Positions 1 through 7,632 of a stretch of 64,000 bases of DNA are shown here, piece after piece. The DNA lies in assembly GCA_041484665.1 (NCBI GenBank), contig JBGPIA010000002.1:32001-96000 (forward strand). The letters are read 5' to 3'. The notes under the pieces are model-generated. The model made no database searches and was not told the origin of the DNA. It saw only the letters and a list, made by a program, of their open reading frames with translations. This DNA comes from Candidatus Krumholzibacteriia bacterium (GTDB taxonomy: Bacteria > Krumholzibacteriota > Krumholzibacteriia > JAJRXK01). The position numbers and the translations under genes were made by a program. How positions within the stretch are numbered: the stretch's first letter is position 1; the number at the start of each line of letters is the position of its first letter.

Positions 1-1074
1 GCTGTGGGTCAGCGGACGCAGCGATTGCGCCTGCGACAAGAGTCCCCGGTGGTTGGCCAGCGTGAAGCTGGGCGGCAGGGGTTGCGAGGTCCACGTGCCG
101 TCCCGCACGAGGCTCAGCAGCCACAGTGTCAGGTGGGGCAGCGCCGCCGCCAGCAGCACGGCCAGAGCGAGCGCCGTGTGCCCCGCCGCCGCGCGGCCGC
201 GCGGCCGTACCGGCAACAACCCGCGCCGCGCCCGCCCCGCAGATACGCCCGGGCGCACCACGAGCAGCAGCAAGCTGATCCCCGCCAGCACGACGGTCTC
301 CAGCTCGGCCATCGCGTGGTCGCCTGCCAGGCCGCGCGCCACGATCTCGGTGCTCAGGAAGCGGGCGCCCCCACCCACCAGGTACGGCGCGCTGAAGCTG
401 GCCATGCTCGACATGAAGGTGAGCCAGGCGGCGCTCCACATCGCGGCGCGCAGCTGTGGCCACCAGGCCATGCGTGCACGTGTCCAGCGGCCTGCTCCGG
501 CGCACCGCGCGGCCATGTCGAGCTCACCGTCGACTGCCGCGAAGGCGTCGCGCAGCAGGAGGTAAGCCAGGGGAGCGAAGCTGTACACATGCACCACCAG
601 CACCGCGAGCACGCCCGAGAGACGCGGGAACGATTCCACGTGCAGCCAGGCGCGCAGGACGCCATGCAGCAGACCGACGTCGCCCCACAGGAACAGGAAG
701 GCCATCACGCCAACGATCGGCGGCAGCGCCAGCGGCAGCAGGCACGCCAACTCTGCGAGCCCGCGCATCGGGAAACGCCGTCGTGCGATCCAGCCCGCCA
801 CTGCGGCGCCCAGCGCGGTCGACAGCAATGCGCTCACCACGCTGACCACCACGCTCGTGAGGGTCGCCTCGCGAACGGTCTGCCCCGCAGGCGAGACCAG
901 CGTGCGCCAGGCGCTGGCGCGCGTCACGCTGCCGGCGAGGAGCAGCACGAGCGGCGCGAGCACTGCCCACGCCAGCACGAGCGCCGCGGCGCCTTCGGCG
1001 CCCGTCGTTCCGCCGAGTCGCAGCGCTCCGCCCTCGCGAGTCCGCCAAAGCGCTCGCCGCATCCCGGCCGTCAC
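1..1074 (-). CDS. ABC transporter permease, FbpB/ThiP type (3' end beyond window edge)
   Basis: Not in the ORF track because it is truncated. Manual translation from GTG 1074 (overlaps the ATPase stop) gives hydrophobic helices with LLPLALPPIVGVMAF, an EAA-like loop (DGELDMAARCAGAG) and SMASFSAPYLVG. Confidence 0.85.
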   Translation of the reverse strand, partial: MTAGMRRALWRTREGGALRLGGTTGAEGAAALVLAWAVLAPLVLLLAGSVTRASAWRTLVSPAGQTVREATLTSVVVSVVSALLSTALGAAVAGWIARRRFPMRGLAELACLLPLALPPIVGVMAFLFLWGDVGLLHGVLRAWLHVESFPRLSGVLAVLVVHVYSFAPLAYLLLRDAFAAVDGELDMAARCAGAGRWTRARMAWWPQLRAAMWSAAWLTFMSSMASFSAPYLVGGGARFLSTEIVARGLAGDHAMAELETVVLAGISLLLLVVRPGVSAGRARRGLLPVRPRGRAAAGHTALALAVLLAAALPHLTLWLLSLVRDGTWTSQPLPPSFTLANHRGLLSQAQSLRPLTHS

Positions 1075-2243
1075 GGCGAAGCTCCTGCCTCGTCGGCCGC
1101 CTCCGCTGTCGCCGCGCCGGCGCGCCGCAGCCCCGCCTCCCACGGCACCGTCCACGGGCGCTGCGGCAGTTGCACCGCGCCACGCTGATTGGTCGCGATC
1201 TGCGCCGGAAGCTGGCTTGCCCATACGCCCCGGCCATCGGCCAGCCGGCACAGCGCGCGCTGACCCGCGCCCAGATCCACCACGGCCTCGACGATGGCCG
1301 CGAGCTCTGCGGAGGCGGGCTGCGCAGTCGAGAAGCGTACCTCCTCCGCACGCAACAATGCCCAGCACGGCTGCGCGCCGGCGGGAACCGGCGGCGCAGC
1401 GCCCAGCGCGCTCGCCAGCTCCGCGGTGGACACGGCGCGCGCTGCGAGCCCGCTGTCTCGCGCCGGCGCGAGATCCGACGCCGACAGCAGCTGCACGCGC
1501 CCATCGGCCCAGCGGCACGCCGGCAGCGCGCTGACCGGGCCCAGCAGCTCGGCGGCGTCGCGGTCGACCGGCTGCCGGTAGAGCTCAGAGGGCTCTCCAG
1601 TCTGCACCAACGCGCCATCGCGCAAGAGGCCCATGCGATCGGCCAACCAGAAGGCGTCCTCGCGATCGTGGGTCACCAGCACCGTGGTGACGCCCCAGCT
1701 CGCGCGCAGCTCGCGCAGCTGGACGCGCACCGCCTGGCGCAATGCTGGATCGATGTTGCTCAGCGGCTCGTCCATGAGCAGCAACCGCGGACGGGCGGCC
1801 AGCGCGCGGGCGAGCGCAACGCGCTGCTGCTCGCCGCCGGAGAGCTCGCCGGGGGGGCGCTGCAGCGCCCGTGTCAGGCCCAGCCGCTGTCCCCATTCGG
1901 TCGCGAGCGCGCGGGCCTGCGCCCGTGAGGCGCCCTGCTGGCGCGCGCCGAAGGCAATGTTGTCGAGGGCGGACATTCCGGGGAAGAGCGCGTAACTCTG
2001 GAAGACCATCCCCACCCGGCGACGCTCGGGGGGCAGGCGGGAGATCTCGTCGTCGCCGAGGAAGATGCGTCCTGCCCGGACCGGGATCAGTCCCGCGATG
2101 GCCAAAAGCAGCGTCGACTTGCCACCGCCGCTCGCACCCAGCAGGGCGAAGCACGAGCCCGACGGGACCGTGAGCGACACGCCGGGCAGAACGGTGCGGT
2201 CCGCGTAGGCGACGCGCAGCCCCTCCACGCGCAGCTGGCTCAC
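1071..2243 (-). CDS. ABC transporter ATP-binding protein (FbpC/PotA family)
   Basis: Walker A GASGGGKS, VFQSYALF Q-loop, LSGGEQQR signature, LLLMDEP Walker B, VTHD. GTG start overlaps the stop of the binding-protein gene. Confidence 0.95.
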   Translation of the reverse strand: MSQLRVEGLRVAYADRTVLPGVSLTVPSGSCFALLGASGGGKSTLLLAIAGLIPVRAGRIFLGDDEISRLPPERRRVGMVFQSYALFPGMSALDNIAFGARQQGASRAQARALATEWGQRLGLTRALQRPPGELSGGEQQRVALARALAARPRLLLMDEPLSNIDPALRQAVRVQLRELRASWGVTTVLVTHDREDAFWLADRMGLLRDGALVQTGEPSELYRQPVDRDAAELLGPVSALPACRWADGRVQLLSASDLAPARDSGLAARAVSTAELASALGAAPPVPAGAQPCWALLRAEEVRFSTAQPASAELAAIVEAVVDLGAGQRALCRLADGRGVWASQLPAQIATNQRGAVQLPQRPWTVPWEAGLRRAGAATAEAADEAGASP

Positions 2244-3271
2244 GGGTTCCCCTGGAGGTAGGCCTTCCCCCGGCCCTTGATCTGCGTGTCGAAGATGTTC
2301 ATCCAGCGCCCGCCGTCCCGGGCCAGCCTCGCCCAGTCCATGGGGAGCGCCAAGACCGGCGTGCGCATCCACTCGGGCAGCTGCTGGGCATCGAGGTCGG
2401 TCCGGGCGGGGATCCGGTAGTACGCCTGCGCCAGGTGCACGGCCATCACCGGCGAGGTCACGAATTCATAGAAATCACGCGCGGCCTGCGGGTGCGGTGC
2501 TCTGGCCACGATGGCGATGCCGTCCACCAGCACGGGCGTCCCTTCCTGGGGGATCACGTAGGCGAACGGGAACTTGTAGCGCTCGATCTGCAGCATGGCG
2601 TCGGGCAGGTTCCACAGCGTGAGATCGGCGTTTCCGCGGGCCAGAGTCAGGAAGAGCAGCGTCGGGTTCTGCGCGTAGAGCGCCGTCGCGCCGTCGAGGC
2701 GGGCCAGGGTGCGCAGCCCCTCGCGCTCGTCGTGTGCCGAAAGGACGATCGAGCCGAAGATGGCCAACATGGTGCCGCTGGCCACCGGCTCACGCAGGAC
2801 GATGCGGCCGGCATAGCGATCCTGCAATAGGTCCGCCACGGTGCGGGGCGCGTCCTGCGCGGCGATCCGCTCGCGGTTGTAGAGGATCACCTCCGGAGTG
2901 AGGAACGTGCCGTACCAGCGATCGCCGGGATCCCTGCGTTCGGCGGGGAGGGCCTGCGCCCAGCTGGGCCGGTAGGGAGCCAGCAGGCTCTCTTGCGCCG
3001 CCGCTGCGAACAGCGTGGCGGGAGCACCGTACCAGACGTCGGCGCGCGGGCGCCGCGCCTCGGCGCGCACCCGGTCGAGGACCTCCTGGCTCCCCATGTC
3101 GAGCCAACGCACGTCCACCTCAGGATGGGCCGCCTCGAAGCGTTGCTCGCAGTCGGCCAGCAGCTCCTTGCCATGGGGGCTGTAGACGGTGAGCGTCTGC
3201 CGCTGAGCCGCCGCGGTCTCGCCCAACCCGGCTACGATGACCCACCACAACAGCCAGACAACAGCGCGCAT
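2240..3271 (-). CDS. ABC transporter substrate-binding protein (Fe3+/thiamine/2-AEP family)
   Basis: Signal peptide MRAVVWLLWW..AAAQ, LTVYSPH, RPRADVWYG, PHPQAARDFYEF. First gene of the ABC operon. Confidence 0.9.
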   Translation of the reverse strand: MRAVVWLLWWVIVAGLGETAAAQRQTLTVYSPHGKELLADCEQRFEAAHPEVDVRWLDMGSQEVLDRVRAEARRPRADVWYGAPATLFAAAAQESLLAPYRPSWAQALPAERRDPGDRWYGTFLTPEVILYNRERIAAQDAPRTVADLLQDRYAGRIVLREPVASGTMLAIFGSIVLSAHDEREGLRTLARLDGATALYAQNPTLLFLTLARGNADLTLWNLPDAMLQIERYKFPFAYVIPQEGTPVLVDGIAIVARAPHPQAARDFYEFVTSPVMAVHLAQAYYRIPARTDLDAQQLPEWMRTPVLALPMDWARLARDGGRWMNIFDTQIKGRGKAYLQGNP

Positions 3272-3369
3272 GGGGCCGAGATTCCCATGGCGCCATGGGC
3301 CTGTCAACGCGCCCTCCGGACGCCGGAACTCCGTTGCAGGCGGCACCGCGCCGGAATAAGGTTGGGAGC

Positions 3370-5016
3370 ATGGACGCACGCACACGCACGATCCCGACCC
3401 GCTGGCCACTCGTAGTGCTGCTCGCCGCTTTGACGTACGGCTGCGCCAAGGAGCCGGCGCAGCAGCCCCCCGCCAAGGTGCCGGCGCAGCCCGTCCCGGG
3501 CGGAACGCTTACGGCTGCCGTGGAGGCCGAGCCGGACAACCTGAACCCGCTCATCTATTCCAGCACCTACTCCGGTGATGTCATGTCGATGCTGAACGAC
3601 CCGGTCATCTCCATGAACGCGCGCTTCGAGTGGGACCCGAAGCTGTGCGAGAGCTGGGAGTTCTCCCCCGACGGGCTCACGCTGCTCTTCCATCTGCGTA
3701 AGGGCGTGCGCTGGAACGACGATGCGCCGTTCTCGGCCTACGACGTTCAGAGCACGTACCGCCTGTGCAACGACCCGCGCGTGCCCTATCCCCACCGCAG
3801 CAATTACCTGAACTGGGTGGGCCTCACCGCGCAGGACAGCTTCACGGTGGTCGTCCAGTACAAGATCCGCTATCCCGACCAGCTCTTCGACACCAACTTC
3901 AACATCCTGCCCGCCCACATCGTGGACCAGCTCGACCCGGCGGAGATTGCCGAGTGGCCCATCAATCGCCACCCGGTGACGTTGGGGGCCTACCGGCTGG
4001 CGCGCTGGGACCCGGGCCAGCAACTCGTCCTCGAGCGCAATCCCACCTACTTCGACGCCCCGCCCTACCTGGACCGCATCGTGCTCAAGGTCACCCCCGA
4101 GGAATCGGTGCGCCTGCTCCAGCTCGAGAACGGCGAGGTCGATCTGGTGGAGTCCATTCCCAGCAAGGACATCGAGCGCATCAAGCGCAATCCAAATCTC
4201 CAAGTCTATCCGCTCTCCGGGCGCCTGATGGGATACCTGCAGTACAACTTCAAACGGCCGCAGCTGGCCGACGCGCGCGTGCGGCATGCGATCAGCTCGG
4301 CCATCGACCGGCGCGCGATGGTGGAGGGGCTGATGTACGGATACGCCCAGCCTGCCGCCTCGCCGATGACGCCGGCAGCGGGGGCCGGGTGGGCGTACGA
4401 TGCCAGCCTCAAGCCCGACCCGTACGATCCCGACCGCTCGCGGCAGTTGCTGGCGGAGGCTGGCTGGATCGACCACGATGGCGACGGAGTGCTCGACAAG
4501 GACGGGCAGGTGCTCGAGATCGAGCTCAAGACGCGCACCGGCGATCCGGTGCGGGAGGACGGCGCGCTGATCCTGCAAGAGAATCTGGCGCGCGTCGGCA
4601 TCCGGGTGAAGACGCGCCTGATGGAGATGGCCGCCGTCCTCAACCAGGTGCACAATGGGGAGTTCGACGTGTATTACGGCCAGTGGCGCAGTCGGTTGTC
4701 CCCCGACCTGACCGCGCTCTTCGGCACGGCGCAGACTCACGACGCGGGGGGCTTCAACGACGGAGGGTACAGCAATCCCCGCGTCGACGAGCTGATGCGC
4801 CAGGCTGTCAGCGAGCTCGACCGCGAGAAGGCCAAGCCCCTCTGGCACGAGGTGCAGCGTCTACTCGTGGAGGACCAGCCCTGGACGCCGCTCTACTATC
4901 GGGATCTGGTCGTGGGGATCAACCGTCGGTTCCAAGACTGCACTCCGCACCTGCTCTCTGCGTACTACGGAATCGAGAAGTGGTGGGAGGCCCCTCCGGC
5001 AGCCGCCTCCCATTGA
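3370..5016 (+). CDS. Peptide/nickel ABC substrate-binding lipoprotein (family 5, OppA/AppA-like)
   Basis: Lipobox LTYGC, EPDNLNP, FHLRKGVRWNDD, LERNPTYF, VRHAISSAIDR, and a DHDGDG motif. No cognate permease adjacent. Confidence 0.92.
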   Translation: MDARTRTIPTRWPLVVLLAALTYGCAKEPAQQPPAKVPAQPVPGGTLTAAVEAEPDNLNPLIYSSTYSGDVMSMLNDPVISMNARFEWDPKLCESWEFSPDGLTLLFHLRKGVRWNDDAPFSAYDVQSTYRLCNDPRVPYPHRSNYLNWVGLTAQDSFTVVVQYKIRYPDQLFDTNFNILPAHIVDQLDPAEIAEWPINRHPVTLGAYRLARWDPGQQLVLERNPTYFDAPPYLDRIVLKVTPEESVRLLQLENGEVDLVESIPSKDIERIKRNPNLQVYPLSGRLMGYLQYNFKRPQLADARVRHAISSAIDRRAMVEGLMYGYAQPAASPMTPAAGAGWAYDASLKPDPYDPDRSRQLLAEAGWIDHDGDGVLDKDGQVLEIELKTRTGDPVREDGALILQENLARVGIRVKTRLMEMAAVLNQVHNGEFDVYYGQWRSRLSPDLTALFGTAQTHDAGGFNDGGYSNPRVDELMRQAVSELDREKAKPLWHEVQRLLVEDQPWTPLYYRDLVVGINRRFQDCTPHLLSAYYGIEKWWEAPPAAASH

Positions 5017-5147
5017 CGAAGCCGTTGCCTCTCCGTAGCTTACAGGGTGGTGTCCCCACAGCGCGGCCGCATGGCCCAGGGTGACGCGCGGCGCGCCGCC
5101 GATCAGCCCGTCGCCGTGCGGGTCCTGCGCCGAGGCCTCCCACTGCG

Positions 5148-6722
5148 ATGCGCAAGCCGGTCCTGGGACGGGTCCTCCTGCTCGCGGCCGCGGCCGCCCT
5201 GTCGGCCGCGGGCGCATGCTCACATTCCAGCCCTACCACCCCGCCTCCGCCGGTCGACCTCTATTTCGAGCCGTCTGACTCCATCGTCACGCGCGGCGCG
5301 CTGCAAACGCTGGAGCTGCGCGTCCGGGCGCGGGATGGCTCCGCCGCGCAGGCCCTGTTCCTGGTCGACGGCGACACGGCCGCCGCCGGGGCGTCCTACG
5401 TGTGGCGGGCCGACCGCCCGGGGCTGACCATCCTGACTGCCAGGGCGCAGCGAGAAGGACGGCAGTACAGCGCCCGGTGGCGCGTCACGGTCACCGACGA
5501 GGGGGCGCTGCCCACCCCACCCGTGACGCACATCACGGCGGAGGTCGGGCCGCTGCCGGGCACGATCCACATCCAGTGGGAGGCTCCGCCCGCCAGCCAG
5601 TACACCATCCCGCCCAAGGAGTACGTGGTGGGGCGGTCGAGCGGCCCGATCCTCTCGTTCTCGGACCTCGGCGTGGACACCACGGTGGTACGGCATCAGA
5701 ACCTCTCCATCGTGCACGAGCTGACGGCCAGCGGGCTGGCCGAACGGCAGGTCTACCACTTCCGCGTGAAGGTGCGCGACACGTTCGGGCGCCAGTCTGC
5801 CCTGGGCACGGAGGCCGTTGCCCCAGCTACCGGGCACTACGACGTCGTGGGCGAGGTCGACGCCTTGCGTCCGGGATTGCCGCTGCAGCCCCAGGACGAG
5901 ATCCTGGTGGGTGTGGGCGATTACAAGCAGCTCACGGACGTGGATGGCCGGTTCGCGCTCTTGCACCTGCCGGACACCTACGAGGCGCCGCTGACGCTGG
6001 CCGACACGCGTCTAGCCCTCTATTCGCTCCAGACGCCGCCGCTGCCCAGAGTGGACCAGAGCCACGCCCTTCTGCTGTTCGAGCGTGGAATCGTGCACGT
6101 GGTGCAGGACACCAGCGAAGCCGACGTGAGCACGCTGGCGTTCTTCAAGACGATCCTCGGCAAGGACCGCCCCTTCTCCACACCACTCTACCGGTGGGTG
6201 AGCTACCCCGTCCGCTTCCATGCGGCCCCCTTCGTGGATGCTTTCGGCGTGGACTACCGGCGATCCATCCTGCAGGGGATCCAGCGGTGGAACGCGGCCG
6301 CCGGGGAGACACTGCTGGAGGCTGTGGACAGCTTCGATCCCACCGGCGACGCGGGAGCGGATTACGCCGTGGACCTGGCGGATGATTCCGGATTCCTGGG
6401 GGACACCCGGATGATCGACCCGCCCGAGTCGGTCGGGCACGTCCGGGAGGTCGTTCCCAGACTCATCACCATGCATCTTCAGACGTTTCGGACCCAGGAG
6501 ATCGCAGACCTGGTCATCACCCACGAGCTGGGGCATGTGCTGCTGCTGGGGCATAGCACCAGCATCACACATCTGATGTACGCCAACCCATCCCCGCTCA
6601 CCGACGCCACCCCGACACCTGAGGAAGGCTACTTCGCGCGCCTCGTCGCGCACATGCCCCAGGGGACGGACCTGGGCAGCTACGCCGAGCCCCACGCCAA
6701 GCTTTCTGCTTCCTCCCGGTAA
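5148..6722 (+). CDS. Lipoprotein with Ig/FN3-like domains and a C-terminal matrixin-like zinc metalloprotease domain
   Basis: Lipobox-like AAGAC, FN3-like segment (IQWEAP...GLAERQVYHFRVKV), HELGHVLLLGH followed by a Met-turn-like HLMY. Confidence 0.7.
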   Translation: MRKPVLGRVLLLAAAAALSAAGACSHSSPTTPPPPVDLYFEPSDSIVTRGALQTLELRVRARDGSAAQALFLVDGDTAAAGASYVWRADRPGLTILTARAQREGRQYSARWRVTVTDEGALPTPPVTHITAEVGPLPGTIHIQWEAPPASQYTIPPKEYVVGRSSGPILSFSDLGVDTTVVRHQNLSIVHELTASGLAERQVYHFRVKVRDTFGRQSALGTEAVAPATGHYDVVGEVDALRPGLPLQPQDEILVGVGDYKQLTDVDGRFALLHLPDTYEAPLTLADTRLALYSLQTPPLPRVDQSHALLLFERGIVHVVQDTSEADVSTLAFFKTILGKDRPFSTPLYRWVSYPVRFHAAPFVDAFGVDYRRSILQGIQRWNAAAGETLLEAVDSFDPTGDAGADYAVDLADDSGFLGDTRMIDPPESVGHVREVVPRLITMHLQTFRTQEIADLVITHELGHVLLLGHSTSITHLMYANPSPLTDATPTPEEGYFARLVAHMPQGTDLGSYAEPHAKLSASSR

Positions 6723-6875
6723 CATGGCGCGCGCTGCGCGCGCCCGCAGGTCCGTTCGCACTTGTGGCGCTCTTTTCGGTTGCGTTCGCGCAACAGCTCG
6801 GTTAGCTTGACGCCGGTTCTTACCTTACATTGCGTAAGGTTCGAAGGCTCCAACACCCTCAAGGAAGGAATCCGT

Positions 6876-7442
6876 ATGGTGAGGAATCTCGGCACCCTTG
6901 CTCGTGAGCTGAGCATCGCACAGATCCAGACGTTGTTGACCATCAAGCAGCGGCTGGTGGAGATGGAGAAGCTGCAGAATCAGCTCCAGACCATGGATGC
7001 CCAGATCACGCAGCTGGCGCGCAGCAGCCGCACCGGCCGCGGGAAGACGGGCGGGCGCAAGGGCAGAGGGCGTCGCAGGACCGCGACCTTGAGCGCCACA
7101 ACCCGGCGTCGGCGCGTCGGCCGTCCAGCGGCCAGCTTGAAGGGCGCCGCCCGGCCGGTGCTGCGGCGGGGCCGTACTACCCGCAAGGCCGCCGCGCGCG
7201 TCGGGAAGGGGAACGTGATCGTCCGCCGCGGCCGTGGCAAGGGCGGCAAGAGCCTCGAGCAGACCATTGTCGACCTACTCAAGAGCAATGCCAAGCCCAT
7301 GAAGTTCCCCGACATCAAGACCACGATCCTCCGCCGCAAGCTGTTCAAGACCCGCTCGAAGAACTTCGACAACGTGTTACGGCGCACGATCTCCTCCAGC
7401 AGGGTGATCCGGCGCATCTCGCGCGGCGTCTACAACGCCTGA
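6876..7442 (+). CDS. Basic DNA-binding protein: N-terminal coiled coil, Arg/Gly-rich linker, C-terminal winged helix (putative nucleoid-associated protein)
   Basis: AAGGAAGGA RBS. Heptad-like N-terminus, very basic linker, and a C-terminal SLEQTIVDLLKS..PMKFPDI..RRISRGVY segment typical of winged helices. Confidence 0.65.
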   Translation: MVRNLGTLARELSIAQIQTLLTIKQRLVEMEKLQNQLQTMDAQITQLARSSRTGRGKTGGRKGRGRRRTATLSATTRRRRVGRPAASLKGAARPVLRRGRTTRKAAARVGKGNVIVRRGRGKGGKSLEQTIVDLLKSNAKPMKFPDIKTTILRRKLFKTRSKNFDNVLRRTISSSRVIRRISRGVYNA

Positions 7443-7483
7443 GCCAGGCGGTATCCGCCAGGGCCAACACCGGCCACGCGGAA

Positions 7484-7510
7484 GCGGCGGGGGGGAATCC
7501 CTCCCGCCGT
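7484..7510 (+). terminator. GC-rich hairpin, probable terminator between convergent genes
   Basis: 12-bp stem (two G-U pairs) with AAT loop, followed by TCTGCCTT (weak U tract). Confidence 0.5.
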
Positions 7511-7632
7511 TCTGCCTTCAGCGACCTGGGGGTCTCGCGGGTGGGCGCCCCCTGGCGGGGGCAACGCGATCCGTACAAGCGTGAGCCGTCCCTGCAGGCA
7601 GCCGCGCGCTGGCTGGCGGCCGACCCCTGGCG

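Noticed and set aside
4470..4510. EF-hand-like DHDGDGVLDKDG in the OppA-like protein as a novelty
   Set aside because: DxDGDG loops are common in family 5 binding proteins.
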